Shown here in pieces: positions 26,855 through 36,176 of a stretch of 64,000 nt of DNA; within the stretch, counting starts at the first letter, position 1, and the number at the start of each line of letters is the position of its first letter. The translations under genes and the position numbers were made by a program. Location of the stretch: the IMG/VR virus record IMGVR_UViG_3300032242_000723, positions 269,116 through 333,115 of that record; one strand, written 5' to 3'. The notes beneath the pieces were generated by a model, which was not told the DNA's origin, did no database searches, and worked only from the letters and a program-made list of their open reading frames with translations.

Positions 26855-27530
26855 ACCTAAGTTCGGTTGCGAGTTCTGTAATAGATCGTTTCAGCGTGAG
26901 ACATCTATTGCTACTCACCTCTGCGAAAACAAGCGTAGGTGGCAAGACAAAGACCAAGCAGGAAATCGTATTGGCTTCCAAGCTTGGTTAGAGTTCTACA
27001 AAAAGAACACCGCGACTAAGAAGGCTCGGACTTATCTTGACTTCACAAAGAGTGCATATTACCTAGCGTTTGTGAAGTTCGGTCATTATTGTGTCAATGT
27101 AAATGTGTTGAATGTCAGCCGCTATGCTGATTGGCTACTCAAAAACTCAGTCAGTATTGACAACTGGTGCAGCGATACGACCTACACTAAGTTTATCATT
27201 GATCATCTCAAAACAGAAGATCCATTTGACGCGATTGCTCGTAGTATTGAGACAGCTATCACACATGCAAAGAATGAAGGTATACAGAGTCACGATTACT
27301 TGCGTTATGGCAATCGTAATAAACTCTGTCATGTGATTACCACTGGTAAGATCAGTCCTTGGATGCTTTATCATAGCACGAGTGGTATTGAGATGATTGA
27401 AAGCCTGGACGAGATACATCAAAAGATGATCATAGATTATATCAATCCAGAACAATGGGCGATCAAGTTTGTGCGTAACGCAGATATCATTCCGCAGATC
27501 AAAGAACTATTATCCGCTGCAGGGTACTGA
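26799..27530 (+). CDS. C2H2-like zinc-finger protein
   Basis: FGCEFCNRSFQRETSIATHLC near the N-terminus; GTG start uncertain. Confidence 0.65.
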   Translation: MALLQTKTLKTTNKTGATEPKFGCEFCNRSFQRETSIATHLCENKRRWQDKDQAGNRIGFQAWLEFYKKNTATKKARTYLDFTKSAYYLAFVKFGHYCVNVNVLNVSRYADWLLKNSVSIDNWCSDTTYTKFIIDHLKTEDPFDAIARSIETAITHAKNEGIQSHDYLRYGNRNKLCHVITTGKISPWMLYHSTSGIEMIESLDEIHQKMIIDYINPEQWAIKFVRNADIIPQIKELLSAAGY

Positions 27531-27811
27531 TGGATTTCCCTCATCCTATATCCCATATGCCACCCAAAAAAGCCTGGTATGATTGTAAGCCTGGGTGGCA
27601 TGAGGTCATTATACCTACTCCTTGGGATACAGAAAACAATGAACCAGGATGTTATAAAGTCATCCGATGGCTGTACGAGAATATAGCACAATGCGAAAGA
27701 CATTGTATATGGGCTGGTAGTTTCTATCTATTTCAGGACCCCAGATCGGTTACCAGCATTAAGTGTAGATATGAAAGAGATTACTTATGGCTAAAGCTAA
27801 CATGGGGATGA
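27530..27811 (+). CDS. hypothetical protein
   Basis: 93-aa coupled ORF. Confidence 0.55.
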   Translation: MDFPHPISHMPPKKAWYDCKPGWHEVIIPTPWDTENNEPGCYKVIRWLYENIAQCERHCIWAGSFYLFQDPRSVTSIKCRYERDYLWLKLTWG

Positions 27812-28080
27812 CATCTTCTCCTACCATTGTATATGAAGAAATAGACAACACACCAAAGTTAAACATCGTTACTAAACAACTTTGGGTCGACGGTCAAGGT
27901 TGGGTTCCTACAAAGTTTTACAACATTCCTAACTTAGGTAGGATATCAAACATATCCCCACTTGAGCGATGGTGCATAGACAACTTAGGCGAACCTAATT
28001 ATCTAGGCAGATGGTTTAAAGGGTCTCAAACGATCATTCTTGATGATAAATCCTACATGCTTTGGTTGCTGATGAAATGA
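27787..28080 (+). CDS. hypothetical protein (start possibly 27808)
   Basis: ORF fills the gap before a promoter. Confidence 0.55.
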   Translation: MAKANMGMTSSPTIVYEEIDNTPKLNIVTKQLWVDGQGWVPTKFYNIPNLGRISNISPLERWCIDNLGEPNYLGRWFKGSQTIILDDKSYMLWLLMK

Positions 28081-28109
28081 AATATTTACCCATGATACAC
28101 TTTTTGCAC

Positions 28110-28138
28110 TTGCTTAATATCCTAAGCAGTGCTACTAT
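28110..28138 (+). promoter_or_regulatory. sigma70-type promoter
   Basis: TTGCTT-N17-TACTAT. Confidence 0.55.
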
Positions 28139-28168
28139 ACAAAATAGACAACATATGGAAAAGAATTA

Positions 28169-28720
28169 ATGGCACATGCAATCATGATTGATATGGAAAC
28201 GCTTGACACTGCTACGTCAACAGTTATCCTTACCATCGGCGCGGTATTGTTTGATCCAATGGGATCCGGTATTATCGAACAAATCGAACTTCGTCCTACT
28301 ATGGATGAACAAACAGACGTATACAATCGTACAATCAGTGAAGACACTCTGCGTTGGTGGAGCGAACAAAGCCCTGACGCTATCAACGAAGCAATGGGTG
28401 ATCATGATCGTATCCCATATAAGGAATGTATGGAGAAACTTGCTAAGTTCTGCTGGAACAGAAAGGCTGTTTGGTCTAACGGTTCCGTCTTTGACATCAT
28501 GATTGCAGAGTCGTCCTTCGCTGAACTTGACATCAAGACTCCTTGGCAGTTCTGGTCTATCCGCGATTGTCGTACTATATATGAACTTGCAAATGTCAGC
28601 CTCAAAGACGGTGGACACGTGACCTCACACAAGGCAGTAGAAGATGCGGCTCATCAGGCTGCATGTGTTCAACGAGCATACAAGAAACTGTATGACGCAG
28701 GGTTTACGCACCTCAAATGA
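28169..28720 (+). CDS. DEDDh 3'-5' exonuclease/exoribonuclease
   Basis: MIDMETL (ExoI), NGSVFD (ExoII), HKAVEDA (ExoIII). Confidence 0.88.
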   Translation: MAHAIMIDMETLDTATSTVILTIGAVLFDPMGSGIIEQIELRPTMDEQTDVYNRTISEDTLRWWSEQSPDAINEAMGDHDRIPYKECMEKLAKFCWNRKAVWSNGSVFDIMIAESSFAELDIKTPWQFWSIRDCRTIYELANVSLKDGGHVTSHKAVEDAAHQAACVQRAYKKLYDAGFTHLK

Positions 28721-28920
28721 CTAAGATTTATGAGTTTCCTCCTCAGCAACGGAAAACTGTTGAAACTTGGCTTACTGAGAACGTAAGCATAGAGGGGACT
28801 CGGTGGTGGACACATGGATTGAACGTGACTACTGAAGGACCATTGGTATATAAAGTTCACATTGATCTTACTGAAGAAGAAGAATCTAAACTTACTTGGT
28901 TTATATTGGCAAATAAATGA
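28717..28920 (+). CDS. hypothetical protein
   Basis: 67-aa coupled ORF. Confidence 0.55.
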   Translation: MTKIYEFPPQQRKTVETWLTENVSIEGTRWWTHGLNVTTEGPLVYKVHIDLTEEEESKLTWFILANK

Positions 28921-29498
28921 ACTTAGATGCAGATGTTGACATTGACGTAGGTGATCGGGATAAGGTTCTTAATCTTATCAAGCATATCCCTGCATCTATG
29001 CGTAACGTCACTCCTATCAGGAAGCATTCGTCTGGGGTTTATGTCACTGATATTCCCTATGATCCTGTTTATGATATGGCTACGATTGATTATGCTGAAG
29101 CAGAACAACGCGGCTATTTCAAACTTGACTTGCTTAATGTTCATGTCTATAACTTGATCAAAGATGAAGAACATTTATTACGTATGATGCAGGAACCAGA
29201 TTGGTCTATGTTGAAAAAGCGTAGCATTGTTCTAGAGTTGATTCACCTCGGCAATCAGGCTGATTCTGTTAGTAGAATGCCAGAACCAATCGACTCCATC
29301 CCTAGACTAGCAATGTTCCTAGCAGCGATCAGACCTGCAAAGAGACATCTGTTAGGTAAGTCTTGGAAAGAGATCAACGAAACTGTGTGGGATAAAGATC
29401 AAACTGGATACAGTTTCAAAAAGAGCCATGCTCTTGCCTATGCACAACTGGTAGTCGTCCACATGAACTTACTAAAAGAACAGGAAAACAAAGCATGA
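28917..29498 (+). CDS. miniature DnaE (DNA polymerase III alpha, family C) core-like protein
   Basis: DVDIDV, RKHSSGVYV, YFKLDLLNV, LAAIRP, GYSFKKSHALAYA in DnaE order. Confidence 0.8.
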   Translation: MNLDADVDIDVGDRDKVLNLIKHIPASMRNVTPIRKHSSGVYVTDIPYDPVYDMATIDYAEAEQRGYFKLDLLNVHVYNLIKDEEHLLRMMQEPDWSMLKKRSIVLELIHLGNQADSVSRMPEPIDSIPRLAMFLAAIRPAKRHLLGKSWKEINETVWDKDQTGYSFKKSHALAYAQLVVVHMNLLKEQENKA

Positions 29499-29710
29499 AT
29501 TGGATCAAGTGGCTCGGTACAACTGGGGTGATTGTAGCAACTATTCTTCGTGCATTAGGCTATCACGTTGAAGATATGGTGATCGGATTTCTAGGCACTG
29601 TGTTGTGGACATATGCAGCGTATAAAGATAAGGATATGGCACTGTTAACTTGTAACGTGTTTATCATAGCAGTATTGTCATATGGCATTTTAAAGGGATT
29701 TGGACACTAA
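29495..29710 (+). CDS. small membrane protein
   Basis: Three hydrophobic segments in 71 aa. Confidence 0.65.
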   Translation: MNWIKWLGTTGVIVATILRALGYHVEDMVIGFLGTVLWTYAAYKDKDMALLTCNVFIIAVLSYGILKGFGH

Positions 29711-30234
29711 TGATTGGAAAAACAATGGAACTTAAACTACTCAAAGAAAACGATCCTAAACTACTTCAACCATCTACACCTTGGGACTTTGATGTTGACG
29801 GTGATCCAACCGAACTCGTTAAGGAAATGGTGCGAGTACTAACTGAGAACGGCGGCGTTGGTCTTGCTGCGCCGCAATGCGGAATCAATAAGACGATCTT
29901 TATCATGGGCAACTTCACGAAGATGGTAGTCTGTATCAATCCAAAGATCGTTTCTCTATCAGAGGGACGCACTACTGACACAGAAGGATGCTTGAGTTTC
30001 CCCGAACTTTGGCTAAAGGTTTCAAGAGCCGATAGTTGCTTTGTCAGTTATCAAAACACATCAGGTGAGTTGGTTGAAGATGAACTTACAGGAATGATGG
30101 CTCGTGTTTATCTGCATGAGTTTGATCATCTATTGGGGATCACGTTTGATCAACGAGTTGGTGAAATGAAGTTGAAGATGGCTAAGGAAACAAGAGTTAA
30201 AGACTTGAAGAAGAAGTCTAGGGCATCCGCTTAA
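29710..30234 (+). CDS. def: peptide deformylase
   Basis: GVGLAAPQ, EGCLS, HEFDH motifs. Confidence 0.95.
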   Translation: MIGKTMELKLLKENDPKLLQPSTPWDFDVDGDPTELVKEMVRVLTENGGVGLAAPQCGINKTIFIMGNFTKMVVCINPKIVSLSEGRTTDTEGCLSFPELWLKVSRADSCFVSYQNTSGELVEDELTGMMARVYLHEFDHLLGITFDQRVGEMKLKMAKETRVKDLKKKSRASA

Positions 30235-30598
30235 CAAGCGTAATACTCCTACGCTTAGCACGTTTCTTAGCAAAGTCTGTCATACTAACAACAGGACCGT
30301 GTAAAATCTCTAGGCTCTTATTGTTGAATGTTCTAATATAGGGCTTGAAGATGGACCAATCATCTTTCAGGAAAAGGTTAATGGGAATCGTTCTATTTGA
30401 TTCCCACCACCATATGTCTCCTAGTTCTAAAAACTTAGCCTTAAGATCGGCTGTTAATATTGACCCGTAATCGTACATGGTTGTTACCATGTCGTCGCGA
30501 TTCTGGATGATACCTACAAAGTCTTGTGAGGCATAGGAACAGACCGTGATAAACGGGTGATTATTACTCAGTTTGATGAAAAAATCGTTTGCGTCCAT
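30218..30598 (-). CDS. hypothetical protein
   Basis: 126-aa ORF; reverse-strand TAAATA at 30609-14. Confidence 0.7.
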   Translation of the reverse strand: MDANDFFIKLSNNHPFITVCSYASQDFVGIIQNRDDMVTTMYDYGSILTADLKAKFLELGDIWWWESNRTIPINLFLKDDWSIFKPYIRTFNNKSLEILHGPVVSMTDFAKKRAKRRSITLVKRMP

Positions 30599-30682
30599 GA
30601 TGTAACTGTATTTACACTAGGTTGCCCAAACTTAATATTTTAATATTATAAAGACTAAATACTATATCAAGGAGCAACATCA

Positions 30683-31444
30683 GTGTATTCCACTTCAGTT
30701 TATGTATATACACAACGACAAATAGTTGTTACCCTGTCAGGAAACTCACCGAGGAAGTATATGCCACAGTATGCAAAAACACTTACACTGCACAAAGGTG
30801 TAGACAACCAGTTGCAGTTCCAGTTCTTGAATCAACAGCAAAAACCAGTTGACATCACGGGTAAGGAAATCACTTGTAGAATCATCAACTATAACGGTGG
30901 TGCAATACTGTTGACTAAGGCACTAAATCTTCAGTTTGCATTAACTGGCATCGCGACTCTTGATTTGAATGCCGCTGATATCGAGAACATTTCTCCGCAA
31001 CTATGCTACTATACACTTGAGATTCCAGTAGGGGCATTCAACTATCCTGTATTCGTTGATCAAAATGCAGGTGGGCGCGGCGATCTAAATATCATCAACT
31101 CTATTCTACCAGCATTTGTTCCATCGTCAAATGTAACGATTCCAACTGGACAAACTTTCCCTAATCTGGCACCCAATGTAACGACCCCTCTTGTATACCA
31201 TACTAGCGTAATCAATACTGAAGACAATCCTGTACTGACTATTCAGGCTAGATATGAAGAGTTCAATGGTAATGTAGTTATCGAAGGTTCCTGCCAACCA
31301 GATACTGATTGGTATCCTATTGAACTACATACTTACGATTCCATTACAGATACTTTGGGTTATGTAGTCAGAGGCTTTCATCCGTTCATTAGAATGGAAT
31401 TCACCAGTAATGCAGGCGCGGTTACTAACATAATCTCCCGTTAA
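30683..31444 (+). CDS. putative virion structural protein
   Basis: Beta-rich; TAAATA 30656-61, AAGGAG RBS, GTG start. Confidence 0.6.
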   Translation: MYSTSVYVYTQRQIVVTLSGNSPRKYMPQYAKTLTLHKGVDNQLQFQFLNQQQKPVDITGKEITCRIINYNGGAILLTKALNLQFALTGIATLDLNAADIENISPQLCYYTLEIPVGAFNYPVFVDQNAGGRGDLNIINSILPAFVPSSNVTIPTGQTFPNLAPNVTTPLVYHTSVINTEDNPVLTIQARYEEFNGNVVIEGSCQPDTDWYPIELHTYDSITDTLGYVVRGFHPFIRMEFTSNAGAVTNIISR

Positions 31445-31457
31445 GTTACCAGAATAC

Positions 31458-31485
31458 TTGATTAAACAACAGGATATGCTATACT
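31458..31485 (+). promoter_or_regulatory. sigma70-type promoter, 6 nt before the primase ATG
   Basis: TTGATT-N16-TATACT-gatatc-ATG(31492). Confidence 0.6.
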
Positions 31486-31491
31486 GATATC

Positions 31492-32466
31492 ATGTTTGAT
31501 ATCCTAAATGTAATAACAGGAAAGAAAAAGCGTACACAAGGCGGCTGGTATAGCTTCAACGCACCTTGTTGTCATAATCGCGGACATAAAGTTGACAAGA
31601 GAATGCGTGGCGGTATCAAGCATGACGGTGACAACAACTGGTCGTACAACTGTTTCAACTGTAACTTCAAGTGCGGATTTGTATTAGGCAAGCAACTTAG
31701 TGCGAACACTAAGCAGTTGCTACGCTGGATGGGCGTAGAAGACAGTCAGATCACTAAGTGGAACCTAGAAAGTCTACAGCAAAAAGATTTGATTGAATAT
31801 GTGACATCTAAGAAACAACGATCACATATTAGATTTGAAGAAGTTACATTACCTGATGCTGAAATGCTTGACAGTAACAATATAAAGCACAAATACTTTA
31901 CTGACTATGTGAATAGCAGAGGATTTAAGACAACTGATTATCCTTTCATGGTCACTCCTGATGATGAGGGGCGAAACGCAAATCGTATTATCATTCCCTA
32001 TACATATAAGAACAAGATCGTAGGACACACAAGTCGTTATCTTGACAATCGTATCCCCAAGTTCATCAAAGAACAACAGCCAGGATATGTGTTTGGTTAT
32101 GATTTTCAGAAGCCAAACTGGGAAGTATGTATCGTAGTCGAAGGCATATTTGATGCACTATCGTTAGATGCTATTGCACTGACACACGATACGATCAGCG
32201 ACGAACAGGCTATCTTGATACGCTCACTCAATAGACGAGTCATCGTTGTTCCTGATATGGATAAGACAGGCTTAACGATATGCGAACGAGCATTAGAGTT
32301 GGGCTTTCAAGTATCGATCCCAGATTGGGGACCTGATGTAAAGGATGTCAACGATGCTGTAGTTAAATATGGCAAGTTGGCGACATTACTAAGTATACTA
32401 CAAAACGCAACGAACAGTAAGATTAAGATAGAGATGAATAGGAAACGCATTGCTAAAAGAGTATAA
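31492..32466 (+). CDS. DNA primase (T4 gp61-like)
   Basis: APCCH...CFNC Zn finger, RIIIPY, VEGIFDA and PDMD TOPRIM motifs. Confidence 0.9.
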   Translation: MFDILNVITGKKKRTQGGWYSFNAPCCHNRGHKVDKRMRGGIKHDGDNNWSYNCFNCNFKCGFVLGKQLSANTKQLLRWMGVEDSQITKWNLESLQQKDLIEYVTSKKQRSHIRFEEVTLPDAEMLDSNNIKHKYFTDYVNSRGFKTTDYPFMVTPDDEGRNANRIIIPYTYKNKIVGHTSRYLDNRIPKFIKEQQPGYVFGYDFQKPNWEVCIVVEGIFDALSLDAIALTHDTISDEQAILIRSLNRRVIVVPDMDKTGLTICERALELGFQVSIPDWGPDVKDVNDAVVKYGKLATLLSILQNATNSKIKIEMNRKRIAKRV

Positions 32467-33856
32467 TACAGACGTTCAAACATTATTCTTGAGAATGATG
32501 GTAACTAATGCCGAGTTGTATACTCGCGTCATGAATATCATGAATGCTGAGAACTTTGATCGTAAGTTACGTCCAGTTGCGGAGTTCATGGTTGAGCACT
32601 CTACGAAGTATAGCATCATGCCTGATCCATTGCAGATCAAGGCAACAACTGGTGAAGATATTGAACCTATCCCTGAACTCACTGAGGGTCACTTTGATTG
32701 GTTCTTAGAAGAGTTTGAATCATTCACAAAGCGTCAAGAACTTGAAAGAGCGATCCTCAAAGCAGCAGACATGCTTGAGAAAGGTGAGTTTGACCCTGTT
32801 GAAAAACTGATCAAGGACGCGGTTCAGATCAGTCTACAGCGTGACATGGGTACAGATTACTTTGCGAATCCTACAAATCGTATCAACAAGTATTTCAACG
32901 CAGGTGGACAGGTCAGCACTGGCTGGCCTCAGATGGATCGTCTATTGTATGGCGGATTTAGTCGCGGCGAGTTGAACATCTTTGCTGGTGGTTCTGGCTC
33001 TGGTAAGTCTCTTGTCATGATGAACATCGCACTCAACTGGTTACAACAAGGCATGAGCGGTGTCTATATCAGTCTTGAACTCTCAGAAGAGTTAACCTCA
33101 TTGCGAACAGATGCGATGTTGACTAGCATGAGCACGAGAGACATTCGTAAGGACATTGAAACGACTGGATTAAAGGTCGTGATGATGGGTAAGAAGTCTG
33201 GTAAGTATCGTGTTAAGGGCTTACCGGCACAAAGCACAGTGAACGACATTCGCAGCTATCTCAAAGAAGTTCAGATCCAAACTGGAATCAAAGTGGACTT
33301 CGTGATGATTGACTATCTTGATCTGGTGATGCCTGTATCAGTCAAGGTCAATCCTAACGATCAGTTTATCAAGGACAAGTATGTGTCTGAAGAACTACGT
33401 AACCTGGCAAAGGAACTTGGTGTTCTAATGGTAACTGCATCTCAGCTAAATCGTTCGGCTGTTGAAGAGATTGAGTTTGATCACAGTCACATTGCAGGTG
33501 GTATTTCAAAGATCAATACTGCTGACAATGTATTCGGTATCTTTACTTCACGATCAATGCGTGAGCGTGGCAAGTATCAGATTCAGTGTATGAAGTCTCG
33601 TTCATCTACTGGTGTTGGACAAAAGATTGACCTAGAGTATAATATTGAGACGATGCGTATTACAGATGAAGATCCAGAAGGTGATAGTAAACCACAACCT
33701 AGTGCAAGTCAGATCATGAGTCAGATCAAGAATACTAGTACTGTGGGTACAATAAACGATGCTGTTCACAACACTATGGGAACAGATGAAAAAAGAGTTG
33801 TTCCAGATGTACAGAGTGCAAAATTAAAGGCAATGCTTAACTCACTAAAGAAATAG
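32450..33856 (+). CDS. dnaB: replicative DNA helicase (DnaB/gp41-like)
   Basis: AGGSGSGKS, ISLELSE, IDYLDL, TASQLNR, MKSRSS. Confidence 0.95.
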   Translation: MLKEYNTDVQTLFLRMMVTNAELYTRVMNIMNAENFDRKLRPVAEFMVEHSTKYSIMPDPLQIKATTGEDIEPIPELTEGHFDWFLEEFESFTKRQELERAILKAADMLEKGEFDPVEKLIKDAVQISLQRDMGTDYFANPTNRINKYFNAGGQVSTGWPQMDRLLYGGFSRGELNIFAGGSGSGKSLVMMNIALNWLQQGMSGVYISLELSEELTSLRTDAMLTSMSTRDIRKDIETTGLKVVMMGKKSGKYRVKGLPAQSTVNDIRSYLKEVQIQTGIKVDFVMIDYLDLVMPVSVKVNPNDQFIKDKYVSEELRNLAKELGVLMVTASQLNRSAVEEIEFDHSHIAGGISKINTADNVFGIFTSRSMRERGKYQIQCMKSRSSTGVGQKIDLEYNIETMRITDEDPEGDSKPQPSASQIMSQIKNTSTVGTINDAVHNTMGTDEKRVVPDVQSAKLKAMLNSLKK

Positions 33857-33902
33857 TTTTGACTTTTATGAATAAATACAATCAGTAGGATCTTTACACT
33901 CT

Positions 33903-34148
33903 ATGCAAAAGAAAACAAAAAGTCTCCTTGAGGAGTTGCAGTCGTACGGTGAGAATCGTGACATTAATCATGTCATTGAATCGCGGGCGTCCAACATCAT
34001 CACAAGTGCTATCAACCTGATAGAACTGATGCAACGTAACTATTCTCCTGAGAAGGCTGAACTTCTAGAGAAGAAGTTGCTTAGTGCAATCAAAGGCAAA
34101 GATCAAGCAAGATTTTCTAAAAGTTTGAGGAAGAAAAATGAAGATTAA
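33903..34148 (+). CDS. hypothetical late protein
   Basis: TAAATA upstream, AGGA RBS. Confidence 0.65.
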   Translation: MQKKTKSLLEELQSYGENRDINHVIESRASNIITSAINLIELMQRNYSPEKAELLEKKLLSAIKGKDQARFSKSLRKKNED

Positions 34149-35160
34149 TGAGTTTGGTAATAAGCAGCAAGTTGAAGAGGGATTAGGCGACGGCCTACAA
34201 AGCATAGGCAATGCAGTCATCGGAAAAAATGCTACTTCTGCTATCAAAGGAATGTTCACTGGAAATCAAGAACAAGGTGTAGAAGATGCCTTTGTAAGAA
34301 ACTTTTTGACAAGTGTTACTCCTAGATTAAAACAAGCAATTTCTACTGGTTTAGTCTCTCTTCCAGCCGCCTCTGCCGCACCTGACCTGACCAACAGAAC
34401 GGCTGATGGAGCCCCACCTACGCCAGAACCAGCAGCAGCACCAAATACAACATCCTCTAATTCTAGAAAAGATGCAGCAGGAAACGTACCATATGATGAT
34501 TTAGCTGAAACTGCATATAGCAAATATGCTAAACTCAATGCGATCTTTGAAAGCATCATGTCTGAAGAAGAGGTAGTCGGTGGTTCTGAAAGTATTTCTC
34601 AATTTTTAGAGGACTGGTTTACTAAGTACATGCAAGGATACAACTGGCAATCAAGAAAACCTGTATTTGATGCAATATTTAAAGAAGTAGAATCAACATA
34701 TAGCAAGACAGGCGGAAAAGAAGCACTTAAAAAACTAGCAAAGGCCGCTTTTGCAATCACAGGCGGAGCAACTCCTTCAAAGATCAATGCAACTCCTAAT
34801 GATACGACGAAAAGTAATACAATACAGAATCAGCAGCCAACCCAAAATAATCAAGGCGTAGGGCAAGGTAGAGGGCAAGGCGCCGGTCAAAGTGTAGGTG
34901 GACAGGCACCAATGAGCGCATCATTCGTACAAGCACATTTGGATGCGTTGAAACAATCTGACCCTAAAGGGTATGCTGCTATTGTGAGCAAGATTATTAA
35001 AGAATATAAGAAAACATTTGCTGCAAGAAATTCTAAGAAGGCGGCGGCACCTACTCCTCCTCCAGTTCCAGCGGCAGCACCAGCGGCCGGCCCCGTCACT
35101 AAGACTGAACCGCCGGTTAAGATAGCAGAATCAAGACTTAGACGTTACCCAAAACTATAA
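34138..35160 (+). CDS. hypothetical protein, candidate internal head protein
   Basis: MKINEF..VEEG N-terminus, A/P/Q low-complexity linkers. Confidence 0.65.
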   Translation: MKINEFGNKQQVEEGLGDGLQSIGNAVIGKNATSAIKGMFTGNQEQGVEDAFVRNFLTSVTPRLKQAISTGLVSLPAASAAPDLTNRTADGAPPTPEPAAAPNTTSSNSRKDAAGNVPYDDLAETAYSKYAKLNAIFESIMSEEEVVGGSESISQFLEDWFTKYMQGYNWQSRKPVFDAIFKEVESTYSKTGGKEALKKLAKAAFAITGGATPSKINATPNDTTKSNTIQNQQPTQNNQGVGQGRGQGAGQSVGGQAPMSASFVQAHLDALKQSDPKGYAAIVSKIIKEYKKTFAARNSKKAAAPTPPPVPAAAPAAGPVTKTEPPVKIAESRLRRYPKL

Positions 35161-35246
35161 AACATATTGTCAAAACCGACTTTTTTTATTCCTAGCATAA
35201 ATATATTCATGAGTCAATGAACTCACTTTTTTGAAGGAATAACAAA

Positions 35247-35660
35247 ATGACACAATTTACACGTACACATGGTGACTATCAACCAGTACAGAATATGGAC
35301 TCACCAGCTTATACAGTTGGTGCGATCAACGCTGTTACTTCTGCTGCTACTGTTCAACCACAAGGTCCAAAGCTCGACTACTTCACTATCACTGCTTCGG
35401 GTTCAACTGCTTTCAGCACAACTCAAGTAAACGTAATGATTCAAACTATCCAGCAAAAGGCAACTATCTACATCTACGAGTTCACAACTGCTGGTCCTGA
35501 TACTCTTGCAGTTGCTGTTTACCCAACTGGTGTATGGGCTCCTGTTGATGCGACTTACGGTGCAAACGCAAACGTTGTTGCAGCAATCAATACAGCACTT
35601 ACTGCTGCTTCAGTTGCTAATACTACTACTGGTACAGCTTCAGCTACCTTCACTAACTAA
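35247..35660 (+). CDS. putative abundant virion protein
   Basis: T/A-rich 137 aa, TAAATA 35198, AAGGA RBS, own terminator. Confidence 0.65.
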   Translation: MTQFTRTHGDYQPVQNMDSPAYTVGAINAVTSAATVQPQGPKLDYFTITASGSTAFSTTQVNVMIQTIQQKATIYIYEFTTAGPDTLAVAVYPTGVWAPVDATYGANANVVAAINTALTAASVANTTTGTASATFTN

Positions 35661-35681
35661 TCTTAGTTAGACATACTAACG

Positions 35682-35715
35682 AAAACCCGAGAATTTAATT
35701 ATTCTCGGGTTTTTT
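35682..35715 (+). terminator. rho-independent terminator (possibly bidirectional)
   Basis: aaaacccgagaat-ttaatt-attctcgggtttt plus Ts. Confidence 0.88.
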
Positions 35716-35721
35716 ATGTTC

Positions 35722-35727
35722 TAAATA
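35722..35727 (+). promoter_or_regulatory. late promoter TAAATA, 5 nt before ATG 35733
   Basis: TAAATA-cttgc-ATG. Confidence 0.7.
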
Positions 35728-35732
35728 CTTGC

Positions 35733-36176
35733 ATGTCACACCGCATCTGCTGCTATACCTTATTCAATATCACTCATACTGGTGTGTTAAACAGGTCAAG
35801 GCCTAATGAAGATAATGTAAATGAATGGTTACGTAAACGCAATACACAATGTAACTTTGATACAGTACTACAAGCAATATCATTGCGGTCACAGCCCGAA
35901 GTTGTTAAGGTGCCGATAAGAATAGAAATGCAAGAAGCTGACTTTATAAAGTTTGGTTTTTTGTATAGTAAAGAAGACAAGATTAGTTACTATTGGAAGT
36001 TTGAGTTTGAAGTACAACATGCAAGTGTGTTTGAGAACGGAATCATTCCATTAGGAGCGTTATACAATGATTGCAACGGTATTCCAATGATACTATGCGA
36101 AGATCAACTTACTATGCTGTCCAACTTCTTAGATACATCATCTGAGTTAAAGAACATTCACTTTGAGGTAACATGA
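35733..36176 (+). CDS. hypothetical protein
   Basis: 147-aa ORF. Confidence 0.7.
   Translation: MSHRICCYTLFNITHTGVLNRSRPNEDNVNEWLRKRNTQCNFDTVLQAISLRSQPEVVKVPIRIEMQEADFIKFGFLYSKEDKISYYWKFEFEVQHASVFENGIIPLGALYNDCNGIPMILCEDQLTMLSNFLDTSSELKNIHFEVT

Noticed and set aside
10829-33856. Inteins or introns in terL, uvsX, uvsW, dnaB
   Set aside because: Protein lengths and motif spacing are normal; no in-frame Hint/LAGLIDADG insertions or interruptions were seen.
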